From the IMG/VR virus record IMGVR_UViG_3300049783_001343, positions 1 to 58,515 of that record: 58,515 bases of DNA; one strand, given 5' to 3'. The position numbers were made by a program, and so were the translations under genes. This document shows positions 10,163 through 20,261 of this stretch, piece after piece. The stretch's first letter is position 1. Each line of letters begins with the position of its first letter. The notes under the pieces are model-generated. The model was not told the origin of the DNA and ran no database searches. It saw only the letters and a list, made by a program, of their open reading frames with translations. The DNA comes from a virus. Its lineage: Duplodnaviria > Caudoviricetes.

Positions 10163-10310
10163 AGCCCGCGCGGCGGCAATCCTAGACGGAGCGGTCCCTT
10201 CGTCCCGTGTTCACGCAGAGGCTCTATCTGGCGGTGATATTAATCGGATGCGGGCGACGGGATTAGAGCTTATAACGATTGTTAATTGCTGGCCTGACGG
10301 CTGCAGATAG
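10095..10310 (+). CDS. Putative o-spanin lipoprotein (Rz1-like)
   Basis: Signal peptide with lipobox LMGC; overlaps the i-spanin 3' end. Confidence 0.65.
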   Translation: MLKIAFPLILMLSLMGCLGSSDEARAAAILDGAVPSSRVHAEALSGGDINRMRATGLELITIVNCWPDGCR

Positions 10311-10320
10311 GAGTTTTGTA

Positions 10321-10581
10321 ATGGCCAAATCTCCAGCTTGGACTCGCAAGGCAGGGAAAAATCCCAAAGGTGGACTCAACGCCAAGGGTCGGGCTTCGGC
10401 GAAGAAACAGGGTATGAACCTTAAGCCCCCTGCGCCGAAACCTAAGACCAAAAAAGATGCAGCGCGCCGCAAGAGCTTTTGTGCTAGAATGAAAGGCATG
10501 AAGGCCAAGAACACGTCATCTAAGACCGCCAAGGACCCGGATAGCCGGATCAACAAGAGCCTGCGAGCGTGGAACTGCTAA
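10321..10581 (+). CDS. Small basic protein (DUF6321-like)
   Basis: AGGAG RBS; AWTRKAGKNPKGGLN...RRKSFCARM...SLRAWNC. Confidence 0.75.
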   Translation: MAKSPAWTRKAGKNPKGGLNAKGRASAKKQGMNLKPPAPKPKTKKDAARRKSFCARMKGMKAKNTSSKTAKDPDSRINKSLRAWNC

Positions 10582-10868
10582 TGCCAATCTCGAGAGCCCA
10601 GATGGGCACCCAATTGAAAGGAAATCGGATGAAAAAGCCAGTGACAAAGAAGAAAATAGGGGGCGTTCTGGGAAAGATTAGCCCGCTTGCAATGCTGATT
10701 AACGCTGCCCAATCTGATAAAAAAGACAAGCGCGGGGCTGACGGGGGCCCTAGCGGTCTAGCTGGACCAAGCGCGCCATCTGGAGTGGGCGGTATGAAAG
10801 CCGGTGGAAAGGTGACACGAGGCGACGGAGCCTGTATGAAGGGGCACACAAAGGGCGCGGTGCGCTAA
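10581..10868 (+). CDS. Small basic Lys/Gly-rich protein
   Basis: TAATG overlap; MPISRAQM start, GGKV.RGDG..KG.TKG end. Confidence 0.65.
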   Translation: MPISRAQMGTQLKGNRMKKPVTKKKIGGVLGKISPLAMLINAAQSDKKDKRGADGGPSGLAGPSAPSGVGGMKAGGKVTRGDGACMKGHTKGAVR

Positions 10869-10891
10869 TGTTTCAGTTTAGGAAGTGATTT

Positions 10892-11554
10892 ATGGCGGTT
10901 GTTGTCCCCGATATTGCAGAGCTTTTTGAAGAGGCGTACGAGCAAGCCGGCGTAGAGATGCGATCAGGCTACGATTTGCGTTCCGCGAGACGTAGCCTGA
11001 ACCTGTTGACTCTTGAATGGCAGAACCGCGGTCTAAACCTGTTTACCGTGGTTTCAGGAACGATCCCATTGATTGCTGGCCAGTCAACGTACGCGGCACC
11101 TGACGAGACCATTGACGTCATTGAGCATCAGCTGCGTATCGGAACAGGCACAAGCCAAGCCGACACCCATCTGCAGAGGATCAGTGTCTCAACATACGCG
11201 GCACAGTCGGCGAAGGCTTTGCTGGGCAGGCCCACCCAAATTTATATTGATCGAGGCCTTACCACAAACATGACGCTCTGGCCGGTGCCTGACGGCGCCG
11301 ACAGCTACGAACTGTTCTTTTACCGAATGGCTGGGATCGACGGGTTGGCGTCTGGCGTTGGCACAGGCGCACCAGTTCCGTCTAGGTTTGTGCCGGCCCT
11401 TGTTGCGGGCTTGGCGTTCAGAGTTGCCTCGAAGAAGCCAGAGGCCGCCTCCCGTGTTTTGATCCTCAAGCAACTCTACGACGAGCAGTTCGCCCTTGCG
11501 GCGGCTGAAGACCGCGATAAGTCGCCGACGTTCTTCTCGCCGGGAATTTACTGA
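10892..11554 (+). CDS. Putative head-tail adaptor/tail tubular protein
   Basis: SARRSLNLL..EWQNRGLNL, GRPTQ and LWPVPD motifs. Confidence 0.65.
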   Translation: MAVVVPDIAELFEEAYEQAGVEMRSGYDLRSARRSLNLLTLEWQNRGLNLFTVVSGTIPLIAGQSTYAAPDETIDVIEHQLRIGTGTSQADTHLQRISVSTYAAQSAKALLGRPTQIYIDRGLTTNMTLWPVPDGADSYELFFYRMAGIDGLASGVGTGAPVPSRFVPALVAGLAFRVASKKPEAASRVLILKQLYDEQFALAAAEDRDKSPTFFSPGIY

Positions 11555-11874
11555 TGGGTCAGTTTGCACGCGGCAGCAAGGCCATTGGAATTTGTGACAA
11601 AACAGGTTTTCAGTATCTGTTGTCGGATCTCGTTTATGAATACGTCAACGGTACACGCACCGGCCTACGGGTTGGAAAAGACGTGGCCGACCCCGATCAG
11701 CCCCAGAACTTTCTGGGTAGGTTGCGCATTACTGATCCCATGTCACTACGTGAGCCGCGACCCGATACGAACCGATTGCAGTCGATCGGTCTGTTTGGTT
11801 GGCGACCAGTTGGGCATCCCGAGATTTATATCACAGCTGCTGTGGGCGCTGTCACCGTCGTTACAGGAGACTAA
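11554..11874 (+). CDS. Hypothetical protein
   Basis: TGATG overlap; ICDKTGF and PQ...DP..LR.PRPD motifs. Confidence 0.7.
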   Translation: MGQFARGSKAIGICDKTGFQYLLSDLVYEYVNGTRTGLRVGKDVADPDQPQNFLGRLRITDPMSLREPRPDTNRLQSIGLFGWRPVGHPEIYITAAVGAVTVVTGD

Positions 11875-11877
11875 GCC

Positions 11878-12522
11878 ATGAACTACACTGATCTCGTTGA
11901 TTTGATCCAAGACTACACGGAAACGCGAGAAGCGACGTTCGTGGCAGACATTCCACGCTTTGTTCGTCAAACCGAGCAGCGCGTGTACCGCACGATCATG
12001 ATCCCAGAGCTTCGCAAGAACGCGACGGCCACGGTCGCCGCGGGGTCTCAGTACGTGGCCCGCCCTTCTGACTTCTTGTCAGTTTTTTCGTTGGCCCTGA
12101 TTGATGCCGCTGGTAACTATTCATACCTATACGACAAGGACGTAAACTTTCTGCGCGAAGCCTATCCAAACCCGTCCACAGTGGGCCTGCCTCGTTATTA
12201 CGCTCAGTTTGATGGGGAAACGGTGGGCGATCCGGGAAACTTAATCATCGCCCCGACCACTGACGCAGCCTATACCGCAGAGATGCACTACTATTATGAT
12301 CCACCGTCCATTGTGGATGCTGGCACATCGTGGCTCGGCGAAAACGCAGAGGCTGTGCTGCTCAACGGTTCGCTCGTCGAGGCTTACGTTTTCCTCAAGG
12401 GTGAAGCCGACATAATGGCTATGTACCGAAAACAATACACAGATGCGCTTGCTCAGCTGAGCGGTATTGAGGTGCGTAGCAAACGCGACGAGTATCGCGA
12501 CGGGCAGGGGAGGTCTCAATGA
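11878..12522 (+). CDS. Putative adaptor/tail tubular protein
   Basis: AGGAG RBS; GLPRYYA, APTTDAAY and LLNGSLVEAY motifs. Confidence 0.65.
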   Translation: MNYTDLVDLIQDYTETREATFVADIPRFVRQTEQRVYRTIMIPELRKNATATVAAGSQYVARPSDFLSVFSLALIDAAGNYSYLYDKDVNFLREAYPNPSTVGLPRYYAQFDGETVGDPGNLIIAPTTDAAYTAEMHYYYDPPSIVDAGTSWLGENAEAVLLNGSLVEAYVFLKGEADIMAMYRKQYTDALAQLSGIEVRSKRDEYRDGQGRSQ

Positions 12523-12803
12523 ACGTTGGAACAATGGGAACACCTATGGTGCAGGTGCGAACTACATCGGGACGAGGGTTTAATCCCGAACATCATGCGG
12601 CAAGATGCGCGGATAAGATTGTGTCTGTTTCTGACAGTGCTCATCCTGCAATCCGCGAGCAGGCACGTGCTTATAAAACACAAGTTTCTTCTGTGGTACT
12701 TGGTTGTATCAAAGAAGCTATCGCCTCAGACCGCACAACCGTGTATAACGCGCTCAACGAGGCGGGTCATCCAGATCTGGCTGACTTACTACGGAGACTT
12801 TAA
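12519..12803 (+). CDS. Hypothetical protein
   Basis: ATGA overlap with GGAGG RBS. Confidence 0.7.
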   Translation: MNVGTMGTPMVQVRTTSGRGFNPEHHAARCADKIVSVSDSAHPAIREQARAYKTQVSSVVLGCIKEAIASDRTTVYNALNEAGHPDLADLLRRL

Positions 12804-12804
12804 T

Positions 12805-13242
12805 ATGGCTTTTTCGGGGAACTTTCTTTGCACTTCGTTCAAGCAGGAGCTGCTTCAAGGGGTACACAACTTCACGGCAAGCACGGGCAATGTTTTCAAG
12901 CTGGCTCTGTATAGCAGCGCCGCGTCTTTTGATGCCGCGACTTCGGCATACACAGCAACAAACGAAGTTGGTGACTCTGGCTCATACGCAGCCGGTGGCG
13001 GCACTTTAACAAACGTTACACCCGCGGCAGCCGGAACCACGGCTTTTGCGGACTTTGATAATATCACATTCACCGCTGCTACAATCACGGCACGGGGTGC
13101 ATTGATATACAACGACACTGCTGCTGGAGACCCATCTGTTATGGTTTTGGATTTTGGAAGCGACAAAATATCCAACGTGGGCGACTTTCAAATTGTGTTC
13201 CCCACGGCGGATGCGTCAACGGCCATCATTCGCATAGCGTAA
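12805..13242 (+). CDS. Virion/tail protein (true start 12805, not 12526)
   Basis: GGAG RBS; CTSFKQELL, FKLALY, ARGALIYN and LDFGSDK motifs. Confidence 0.75.
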   Translation: MAFSGNFLCTSFKQELLQGVHNFTASTGNVFKLALYSSAASFDAATSAYTATNEVGDSGSYAAGGGTLTNVTPAAAGTTAFADFDNITFTAATITARGALIYNDTAAGDPSVMVLDFGSDKISNVGDFQIVFPTADASTAIIRIA

Positions 13243-13281
13243 TGATGTTTAACTCTTAACACGGAAATCGGGAGACGGAAA

Positions 13282-13686
13282 ATGGCAGCACTAACAAAAT
13301 TCGCGGAGTGGATCGGCTATGCGACGAAAGCCGCAAACGTAGGTAGTGATACATTCACGATTGCGCTCACAAACGTTGCGCCTACCGCTGCGACCGACGC
13401 AGTAATCGCAGACCTCACGCAAATCTCTTACACCAACCTGTCTGCGCGTGTCCTCACGACCACATCAAGCGCGGTGACGTCTGGCACTCTTGATCTTATC
13501 TTTGCAGACATAACACTGACAGCTTCGGGCGGGTCTGTCGCTGCGTGGCGTTACGTTGTCATTTATGATGAGACCGTTGCAGGCGATCCGCTCGTTGCGT
13601 TCGCGGATCGGGGCAGTTCGGTCACACTGGCTGACGGCGAGTCTGTGTTGCTTGATTTCGTTGGTTCTGCGTTGACGTTCACCTAA
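13282..13686 (+). CDS. Virion/tail protein, distantly similar to the upstream gene
   Basis: GGAG RBS; FTIALTN, FADITLTAS and YVVIYD parallel the upstream protein. Confidence 0.7.
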   Translation: MAALTKFAEWIGYATKAANVGSDTFTIALTNVAPTAATDAVIADLTQISYTNLSARVLTTTSSAVTSGTLDLIFADITLTASGGSVAAWRYVVIYDETVAGDPLVAFADRGSSVTLADGESVLLDFVGSALTFT

Positions 13687-15210
13687 ATGGTAGTGCTAGT
13701 CAATAGGGCCAAAGTAGCCACTGCAACCACGGGTACAGGGACCATTACCCTTGGCGCGGCTGAGGATAGCTTTCAGACGTTTGCAGATGCAGGCGTAATT
13801 GACGGCAATGTGGTTCGTTATGTTATTGAGGACGGGGCGACTGCCTTTGAAATCGGCACGGGGACCTATACCGCGTCGGGTACAACGCTCACCCGCACAG
13901 TAAGCGAAAGCAGCAACGCGGATTCTGCCATTAACTTGTCAGGGTCCGCCACTGTTTTCGTGGGCGCAACCGCCGCCGACTTCTTACCGCCTGCGGCAAA
14001 CGTATCACTTGTTGATACAAGCCTTGTTGTTGCCGTTGCTACTGACATGCAGGACTTTGCCGAGAAGGCAGATGCCGCCCTATTGCGGGCGCGTGGTACA
14101 GGTTTTACAAGCTCCTATACGACCGCTTCAGTTGCAGTAGGCGGCACGACATTTTCACTACCGGCTGTCAATGGTGAGATATACAGCGACGAGGGTTATT
14201 TTTCGATTGCATACGCAGGCGCAACAGGCATCACGGTTGCAACCTTGTCCTCGCCCTCAACCTACGTTTACATTGACAACGCGGGAAGCCTGCAACAGCA
14301 AACCAGTATCCCGACGCGGCAAGATTGGTCGCGCAAGATGTTTACCATACGCATTGCGGTGGACACGGTTGCAGAAACCATCCTAGGCTTTGAGTTTCTA
14401 GGCAACCCTATCGGACACTACGCAAACAGCACGCGGGATTTATTCCAAGCATTGCTTGCGCAGGGTGTGCCATTCAAGGGCGGTCAAATCATCACAGGCA
14501 GGGCGGGAGACTTGGGCTTTGACGTGGGTGCCGGTACTATTATGGAATACGGCGGCACTGGCGACATCAACAACGCAAACGTTCTAGGCCTCGACGCGGT
14601 AACCAACGCAACGTATGATTTGCTCAGCAGGACAGCTATCGTAACCGAAGACGCGACAAACCTTGTCAAGTTTTGGGACAACGCGGGCAGCATCACGGCT
14701 TTGGGTTCTGGGACTTTTGTGGCGCATAGGCTCTACCGTTTTAGCAACGGCCAATTTGCAATCCAGTATGGACAAGGCAATTACGCCAACATTGCTCTGG
14801 CCCGCGCGGGCTTGCTAATAGAAGATTACGTCCTCAACGAACGTCTGCGCAATGCGACTTTCTTTGGCTGGTGGATCATTGGCGAAACCGCAACGAACAC
14901 AGGCGGCACAACCCTAACAGAGTTCAGGGAATACACGATCGGCGTGCAGGGGGGCAGTTCGAGCGGATTGGCTGGTTGCTTACTTCGGGGCAACAACCTT
15001 TCCGATTTGCTAGACGTTCCGGCGGCGCGGGCTAACCTAGACCTAGAGATTGGCGTTGACGTTCAGGCATACGCAGCGGTTCTTGCAAACACGACAGCCT
15101 CCTATACCACGGCAGAGGAAACCAAGTTAGCCGCCACACCGAAAATAACAGTCTCTGCCACAGAGCCAACTTCGCCTGCGCTGGGTGATTTGTGGGTGGA
15201 TACTAGCTAA
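13687..15210 (+). CDS. Tail fibre/spike protein
   Basis: N-terminal [18 protein letters not shown] anchor, NNLSDL...ARANL fibre motif, C-terminal P..GDLWVDT. Confidence 0.75.
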   Translation: MVVLVNRAKVATATTGTGTITLGAAEDSFQTFADAGVIDGNVVRYVIEDGATAFEIGTGTYTASGTTLTRTVSESSNADSAINLSGSATVFVGATAADFLPPAANVSLVDTSLVVAVATDMQDFAEKADAALLRARGTGFTSSYTTASVAVGGTTFSLPAVNGEIYSDEGYFSIAYAGATGITVATLSSPSTYVYIDNAGSLQQQTSIPTRQDWSRKMFTIRIAVDTVAETILGFEFLGNPIGHYANSTRDLFQALLAQGVPFKGGQIITGRAGDLGFDVGAGTIMEYGGTGDINNANVLGLDAVTNATYDLLSRTAIVTEDATNLVKFWDNAGSITALGSGTFVAHRLYRFSNGQFAIQYGQGNYANIALARAGLLIEDYVLNERLRNATFFGWWIIGETATNTGGTTLTEFREYTIGVQGGSSSGLAGCLLRGNNLSDLLDVPAARANLDLEIGVDVQAYAAVLANTTASYTTAEETKLAATPKITVSATEPTSPALGDLWVDTS

Positions 15211-15269
15211 ATGTCACGCCTCTCGTGGTTCGATTATTAACGCAAACGCTCTAAAGCAAAGGAAAGAAA

Positions 15270-15578
15270 ATGGTTTTCAAGGTAGACAGCTATCTCAAAG
15301 CAGAACGCGCCTTAGCGCAGATTGTCGTGGACGCAACGGCACACGATGCAGACGTATCACGGGGTATTGAAACACTCACAACAGCCCACGGGAAACTTGA
15401 TGCGATGTTGGAGACATGGACACCTGCAGCCGAATGGCTTGAGGAAACCGCACTGGCAAACCCAGATGATGAGGGCTGGCAGTCACTCAAGGTGCGGAAA
15501 GACAAAATCATCGGTGATTACATGGCTATGGTTGTTCGGGCGCAAGCTGTGCGTGATGCCGCAGACGCTGCAAGCTAA
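15270..15578 (+). CDS. Hypothetical protein
   Basis: AAGGA RBS; helical 102 aa. Confidence 0.65.
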   Translation: MVFKVDSYLKAERALAQIVVDATAHDADVSRGIETLTTAHGKLDAMLETWTPAAEWLEETALANPDDEGWQSLKVRKDKIIGDYMAMVVRAQAVRDAADAAS

Positions 15579-15587
15579 GGTCTAGCA

Positions 15588-16343
15588 ATGGCATTCCCAG
15601 TCGTCGTCCAACACGACACAACAACCGCTAAGGCCAACACGGTCAACGTCAATTATCCGACGGGCATGACGTCGGGTAATCTGGTGGTTTTCTTTCTGGG
15701 ATGGGTCGATGACGCCGCGCCTGTTACCTACACCGGCAGCAAGTTGGTGTTTATTGGTGGCATAGACAACGCCAGCGGCAACCGCGCAAGCTCCCTCATT
15801 TGGTATCGTGAGGTAGATGGTACAGAGGGGACCAGTGAACCTTTCGATTTTGACTCCGACAAAGAAACCACAGCACACGTCGTTGAAGTTAGTGGGTGGG
15901 ACACATCGGTTGCGCCCATCGCCGCCCATGCCACAACAAACGGCAGTAAAACCGCAAACCCGAACCCACCTTCGCGTGCATGGGGATGGTCCGGCGACAC
16001 ACTCGCACTCGCGGGGTTCGTCATTCGTGGCGCTGAAAATATCACTACTCAGCCCACCGGATACACTCAAGTTGTGTATAGTAATAACTCTGGTAACGCA
16101 GGGCATGCTATTTCTCAAAAGAACGTAACGTCCAGCCCTGAAGACCCTTCTGCGTACACAATAGCATCAGACAAAGAAGCCACCACCTTCACGTTGGTGA
16201 TAAAGGCTGAGGCTGCGGTAAGTGGTGGCACCATTGGTGTTTGGACCGGATCAGCATTTGTACAAAAGCCTGTAAAGCGTTGGACCGGTTCAGCTTTTGA
16301 GGCAAAGCCCTTAAAGCGTTGGAACGGTTCTGCGTTTGTTTAG
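15588..16343 (+). CDS. Putative tail-associated beta-sandwich protein
   Basis: Beta-rich; C-terminal triple repeat WTGSAF/WNGSAF. Confidence 0.65.
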   Translation: MAFPVVVQHDTTTAKANTVNVNYPTGMTSGNLVVFFLGWVDDAAPVTYTGSKLVFIGGIDNASGNRASSLIWYREVDGTEGTSEPFDFDSDKETTAHVVEVSGWDTSVAPIAAHATTNGSKTANPNPPSRAWGWSGDTLALAGFVIRGAENITTQPTGYTQVVYSNNSGNAGHAISQKNVTSSPEDPSAYTIASDKEATTFTLVIKAEAAVSGGTIGVWTGSAFVQKPVKRWTGSAFEAKPLKRWNGSAFV

Positions 16344-16373
16344 AAAACGAAGGGTGATAAATTTGGGTAAATC

Positions 16374-17498
16374 ATGTTAGGTTTTTCACCTCTAGCGTCC
16401 AATGCTCTTGCCGCGTCAACTGATGTCGCGCCGAGCGGGCCAACGTACACAGACACGCTAACAACTGCGTCATTCACGTCAACGGTTGGCGCGATTGTTG
16501 CGGCATTCGCAATCGGGCTGACCGGCGATGCTCTAACAAGCGCAGCCGGTTCGCTTGATCCTGCATTCACGTCACCGCTGGCAGGCGTGTCATTCACATC
16601 GTCCGCAGGGGATATCAGCACAAGTTTCACGTCGCCACTATCGGTTGAGGCATTTACGTCAACGGGCGGCGAGGTGTCATTTAGCACCGCCAGCACCCTT
16701 GAGATTACCGGCGCGGCGTACACCAGCACAAACGGCACGCTTGGCCTTGATCTGACAACCCCGTTGACCGGCGTGTCGTACACATCGGCGGCCGGCTCGG
16801 TTCTGTTCACCGCCGACAGCAACCTTGAGCTCACTGGCGTCGATTATACCAGTGCAAACGGCACGCTTGGGCTCGTTCTGGCAACCCCTCTCAGTGGCGA
16901 CTCGCTGACGAGTGCTGGTGGATCGCTTGAAACCGCATTCGCGTCACCTGTGTCTGGTGCATCGTTCACGTCAACGGTCGGGTCTGTTCTGTTTACCACC
17001 GACAGTGCCATCGAGCTCACCGGCGCGACCTACACCAGCATCGCCGGCACGCTCGGCCTCGCTCTGACAACCCCGATCACCGGCGATGCTCTTACAAGCG
17101 CCGCTGGTTCCGTGGTCTCGCACATCACAACCCCGCTCACCGGCGATGCTCTTACAAGCACTGCGGGCTCATTGGGCACTGCATTCACGTCGCCGATCAC
17201 CGGCGTGTCGTTTGCATCAACGAACGGGTCTGTTCTCCTCGGAGCGGTCATCCCCCTTGAACTAACCGGTGTCGCCTTCACTAGCACCGGGGGGAGCATA
17301 GATTTCACCGCAGCGCAGGTGGTTTATCTAACGGGTGTGTCAGCGGATGCGGCCATTAGTGGCCGCGGCGTGTTGGTTTGGGGAAATCTGCCCCCACCTT
17401 CCGACACGACGTGGAGCCCAATAACCTCCGCGGCAGGTAACACTTGGGCGGAGGTCGCGCCGGATGACGACAACGTTTGGACCCCTATTGCACCGTAA
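16374..17498 (+). CDS. Repetitive Thr/Ser/Gly-rich tail fibre-like protein
   Basis: MLGFSPLAS start; about 20-aa repeats (TTPLTGDALTSAAGS type). Confidence 0.7.
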   Translation: MLGFSPLASNALAASTDVAPSGPTYTDTLTTASFTSTVGAIVAAFAIGLTGDALTSAAGSLDPAFTSPLAGVSFTSSAGDISTSFTSPLSVEAFTSTGGEVSFSTASTLEITGAAYTSTNGTLGLDLTTPLTGVSYTSAAGSVLFTADSNLELTGVDYTSANGTLGLVLATPLSGDSLTSAGGSLETAFASPVSGASFTSTVGSVLFTTDSAIELTGATYTSIAGTLGLALTTPITGDALTSAAGSVVSHITTPLTGDALTSTAGSLGTAFTSPITGVSFASTNGSVLLGAVIPLELTGVAFTSTGGSIDFTAAQVVYLTGVSADAAISGRGVLVWGNLPPPSDTTWSPITSAAGNTWAEVAPDDDNVWTPIAP

Positions 17499-17552
17499 AC
17501 GTCAACAAGCTACACTTGAGTTTAACATTGACCCTCATATGAAGGCTTAGTC

Positions 17553-19307
17553 ATGGCAAGTACCTACACTGCAAATAGCGGCATCGAAAAGCCCGGCGAT
17601 GCCGAGCAAGCTGGATTGTGGGGTCAAACCGCAAACTTAAACTTTGATATCATTGATCGAGTTCTCAACGGGGTCGGTGCTGTCACCTTGTCTGGCACGA
17701 CTCACACTTTGGCAACCAGCGACGGAGCGCTGTCCGAGGGGCAGAATAAAGTGCTAGTGTTCGGCGGGTCTCCCAGCGGAACGAACACCGTAACTATCAG
17801 CCCAAACGACCAAGAAAAACAGTATTTTGTGGTCAACGACTCTGGCCAAAGCATCGTGCTAACCCAAGGATCTGGAGCAAGCGTCACCGTTGCGGATGGC
17901 GCCAAAGCCATTGTCTACTGCGACGGGGCCGGTGTAACTGCCGCAGTGACGGCTTTGTCGGAAGCTGCAAGCGAAGCCGAGGCTATAGCAGGGACCGATA
18001 ACGTCAATTTTTTAACATCTCTTCGTGTAAAGCAGACGCTGGCCACTCAGGCCGCGGCCGAGGCCGGCACGGATGCTAGTAGTTTAATGTCGCCGCTGCG
18101 CACAAAGCAGGCGCTCATTGCAGCGGGCCTACTTGACGCTATTGGGGACATCGCCGTAACGGCAAATGACGCAATCCCCACAGGATCATTGCGAACAGAC
18201 GGGGCTGTGTATTTGCAATCGGCTTACCCTGATCTTTTTACGGTGGTTGGCTTACTTCCAGATTGGGACGAGGCCCCTAAACTTCCCAACCCTGCGGCTC
18301 TGACCGGCAACGCGGTCAAAGGCGCCGCTTGGAGCCCCGACAGCGTATACCTAACTGTTGTGGACTTCGTGACGCCTTTCGTCTATATCTATAAGCGTTC
18401 GGGCGACGTGTTCACAAAACTTTCCAACCCTGCAACCCTGCCTGCTGACTCAGCCAATGGCATCGCGTGGAGTCCCGACGGCGTATACCTAACTGTTGTG
18501 CACTTTGATTCACCTTTCGTCACTATTTATAAGCGTTCGGGCGACGTGTTCACAAAACTTGCCAACCCTGCAACCCTACCTACAGAGAGGGGGTTTGGTG
18601 TAGCTTGGAGTCCCGACGGCGTATACATGTCTGTTGCGCACATAACCTCGCCTTTCGTCACTATTTATAAGCGTGCGGGCGACGTGTTCACAAAACTTGC
18701 CAACCCTGCAACCCTACCTACAGGCAGCGGGAATGGCATCGCGTGGAGCCCCGACGGCGTATACATGTCTGTTGCGCACATAACCTCGCCTTTCGTCACT
18801 ATTTATAAGCGTGCGGGCGACGTGTTCACAAAACTTTCCAACGCTGCAACCCTACCCACGGGCGAGGGCAAAGGGGTCGCGTTTTCCCCTGACGGCGTAC
18901 ACCTGACTGTCGCCCACGACATCTCGCCTTTCGTCTCTATCTATAAGCGTGCGGGCGACGTGTTCACAAAACAACGCGACCCCGCAGTGCTACCCACGGG
19001 TGAAAGCAACGCAGCAGCGTGGAGTGCAGACAGCACGTATATGGGGCTTGCGCACGTCAACTCACCTTTCGTCACTGTTTATAAGCGTTCGGGCGACGTG
19101 TTCACAAAGATTTTGGACTTTACAACGCTGCCGACAAGCACTGCGAGCGCCTTGGCGTGGAGCGGCACTGGCACCTATCTTACCGTGGGGTACAATGGAA
19201 CGCCTTTCTTTTCGACATACAAAGGGAAGAACTATGACATTGACACCGAGTTTGCAGTTCCAAAAGTTTCAATCGCGAACGCGAACGTCCTCATAAAAGC
19301 GGAGTAA
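17553..19307 (+). CDS. Tail fibre/receptor-binding protein: collar domain with an inserted 7-bladed beta-propeller
   Basis: MASTYT..GIEKP...WG..N.N N-terminus; PTGSLRTDG...YPDLF collar motif; seven 46-aa AWSPDG repeats. Confidence 0.8.
   Translation: MASTYTANSGIEKPGDAEQAGLWGQTANLNFDIIDRVLNGVGAVTLSGTTHTLATSDGALSEGQNKVLVFGGSPSGTNTVTISPNDQEKQYFVVNDSGQSIVLTQGSGASVTVADGAKAIVYCDGAGVTAAVTALSEAASEAEAIAGTDNVNFLTSLRVKQTLATQAAAEAGTDASSLMSPLRTKQALIAAGLLDAIGDIAVTANDAIPTGSLRTDGAVYLQSAYPDLFTVVGLLPDWDEAPKLPNPAALTGNAVKGAAWSPDSVYLTVVDFVTPFVYIYKRSGDVFTKLSNPATLPADSANGIAWSPDGVYLTVVHFDSPFVTIYKRSGDVFTKLANPATLPTERGFGVAWSPDGVYMSVAHITSPFVTIYKRAGDVFTKLANPATLPTGSGNGIAWSPDGVYMSVAHITSPFVTIYKRAGDVFTKLSNAATLPTGEGKGVAFSPDGVHLTVAHDISPFVSIYKRAGDVFTKQRDPAVLPTGESNAAAWSADSTYMGLAHVNSPFVTVYKRSGDVFTKILDFTTLPTSTASALAWSGTGTYLTVGYNGTPFFSTYKGKNYDIDTEFAVPKVSIANANVLIKAE
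18280..19225 (+). repeat. Seven tandem ~138-bp coding repeats (propeller blades)
   Basis: TATAAGCGT(T/G)CGGGCGACGTGTTCACAAA recurs six times at a 138-bp period; the seventh copy is degenerate. Confidence 0.9.
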
Positions 19308-19311
19308 GCCA

Positions 19312-19890
19312 ATGCGTACAATCTATAGCGTCGACAAAGACCGCATTTTCTCGGGCGGCGTTTCTGAAATTGGCCCCCGCCAAGGTCGTCCCGTGGGTTG
19401 GATCACCGCAGAAACACCACCGCCTGACGGGATCGCCCAATGGAGCGGCGAGGGGTGGATTACCTTGGCCCAATTGCCCCCACCCCCTGACGTTTACCCT
19501 GACACCCAATCCGCACGCGCGGCGATGCTAGGCTTTATCGAAAGCATCACAGATCAAATCACAAGCCAATATCCGAAAGCGGAAGTATCGGCGTGGGGTT
19601 CTAAGGCAGAAGCGGCGCGGGCTGTTATTGCTGGCACTGCACGGGCCGACCAAGTGGCGTTGATCCAAGACGAAGCTGACATCGTGGGTACGACCCTTGG
19701 GGATCAAGCGGCGGCAGTCGTGGCGAAAGCCGTGGTTTTTGAAGCGATAGTTGCGAAGGTTTCGGGGTTGCGTCAAGCGACAGACGCGGCATTGGTTGCG
19801 GCCTCTACATCGGCAGGGCGTGAGGCTGTTCTCGACGCGGCAACGATCCAAGCCGCTACTCTTGCATCAGAATATGGACTTACAACATGA
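19312..19890 (+). CDS. Putative tail fibre assembly/chaperone protein
   Basis: Directly follows the fibre gene; PP..AQWSGEGW and YPKAEVSAW..K.EAAR motifs. Confidence 0.6.
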   Translation: MRTIYSVDKDRIFSGGVSEIGPRQGRPVGWITAETPPPDGIAQWSGEGWITLAQLPPPPDVYPDTQSARAAMLGFIESITDQITSQYPKAEVSAWGSKAEAARAVIAGTARADQVALIQDEADIVGTTLGDQAAAVVAKAVVFEAIVAKVSGLRQATDAALVAASTSAGREAVLDAATIQAATLASEYGLTT

Positions 19891-20246
19891 CCCACAACTA
19901 TTCAGAAACTCGTATCATTGGATTTAAGCGCATCTGCGTCTTCTTTGCTTTAGGGCCGATTGTCCTGCCCGTGTTTATGGTTTTCAGCGCGGGTCATTGG
20001 CTCGACCGTAAAGGTTGGGGGGTCGGTTGGCGACGGTGGGTTATCGCCCTTCCTGTTGTCGCCTTCACTGTGATCAACACTCTGCACAATTGGACGGTAT
20101 GCACGCTCTTGTTTTGGGAGTTCCCAAGGGAGTTCCAGACGACAACGCGACTAAAGCGCCTAAAGTCTGACCCGGACCCAGCAAAGCGTGAACTCGCGGA
20201 CATGCTCGGCGGGTTCCTCAATAGCCAAGACCCAGACCACTACTGA
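19887..20246 (+). CDS. Hypothetical membrane protein
   Basis: ATGA overlap; two hydrophobic segments; ends in DPDHY. Confidence 0.65.
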   Translation: MTHNYSETRIIGFKRICVFFALGPIVLPVFMVFSAGHWLDRKGWGVGWRRWVIALPVVAFTVINTLHNWTVCTLLFWEFPREFQTTTRLKRLKSDPDPAKRELADMLGGFLNSQDPDHY

Positions 20247-20261
20247 TCCAAGAGGTGCGAC

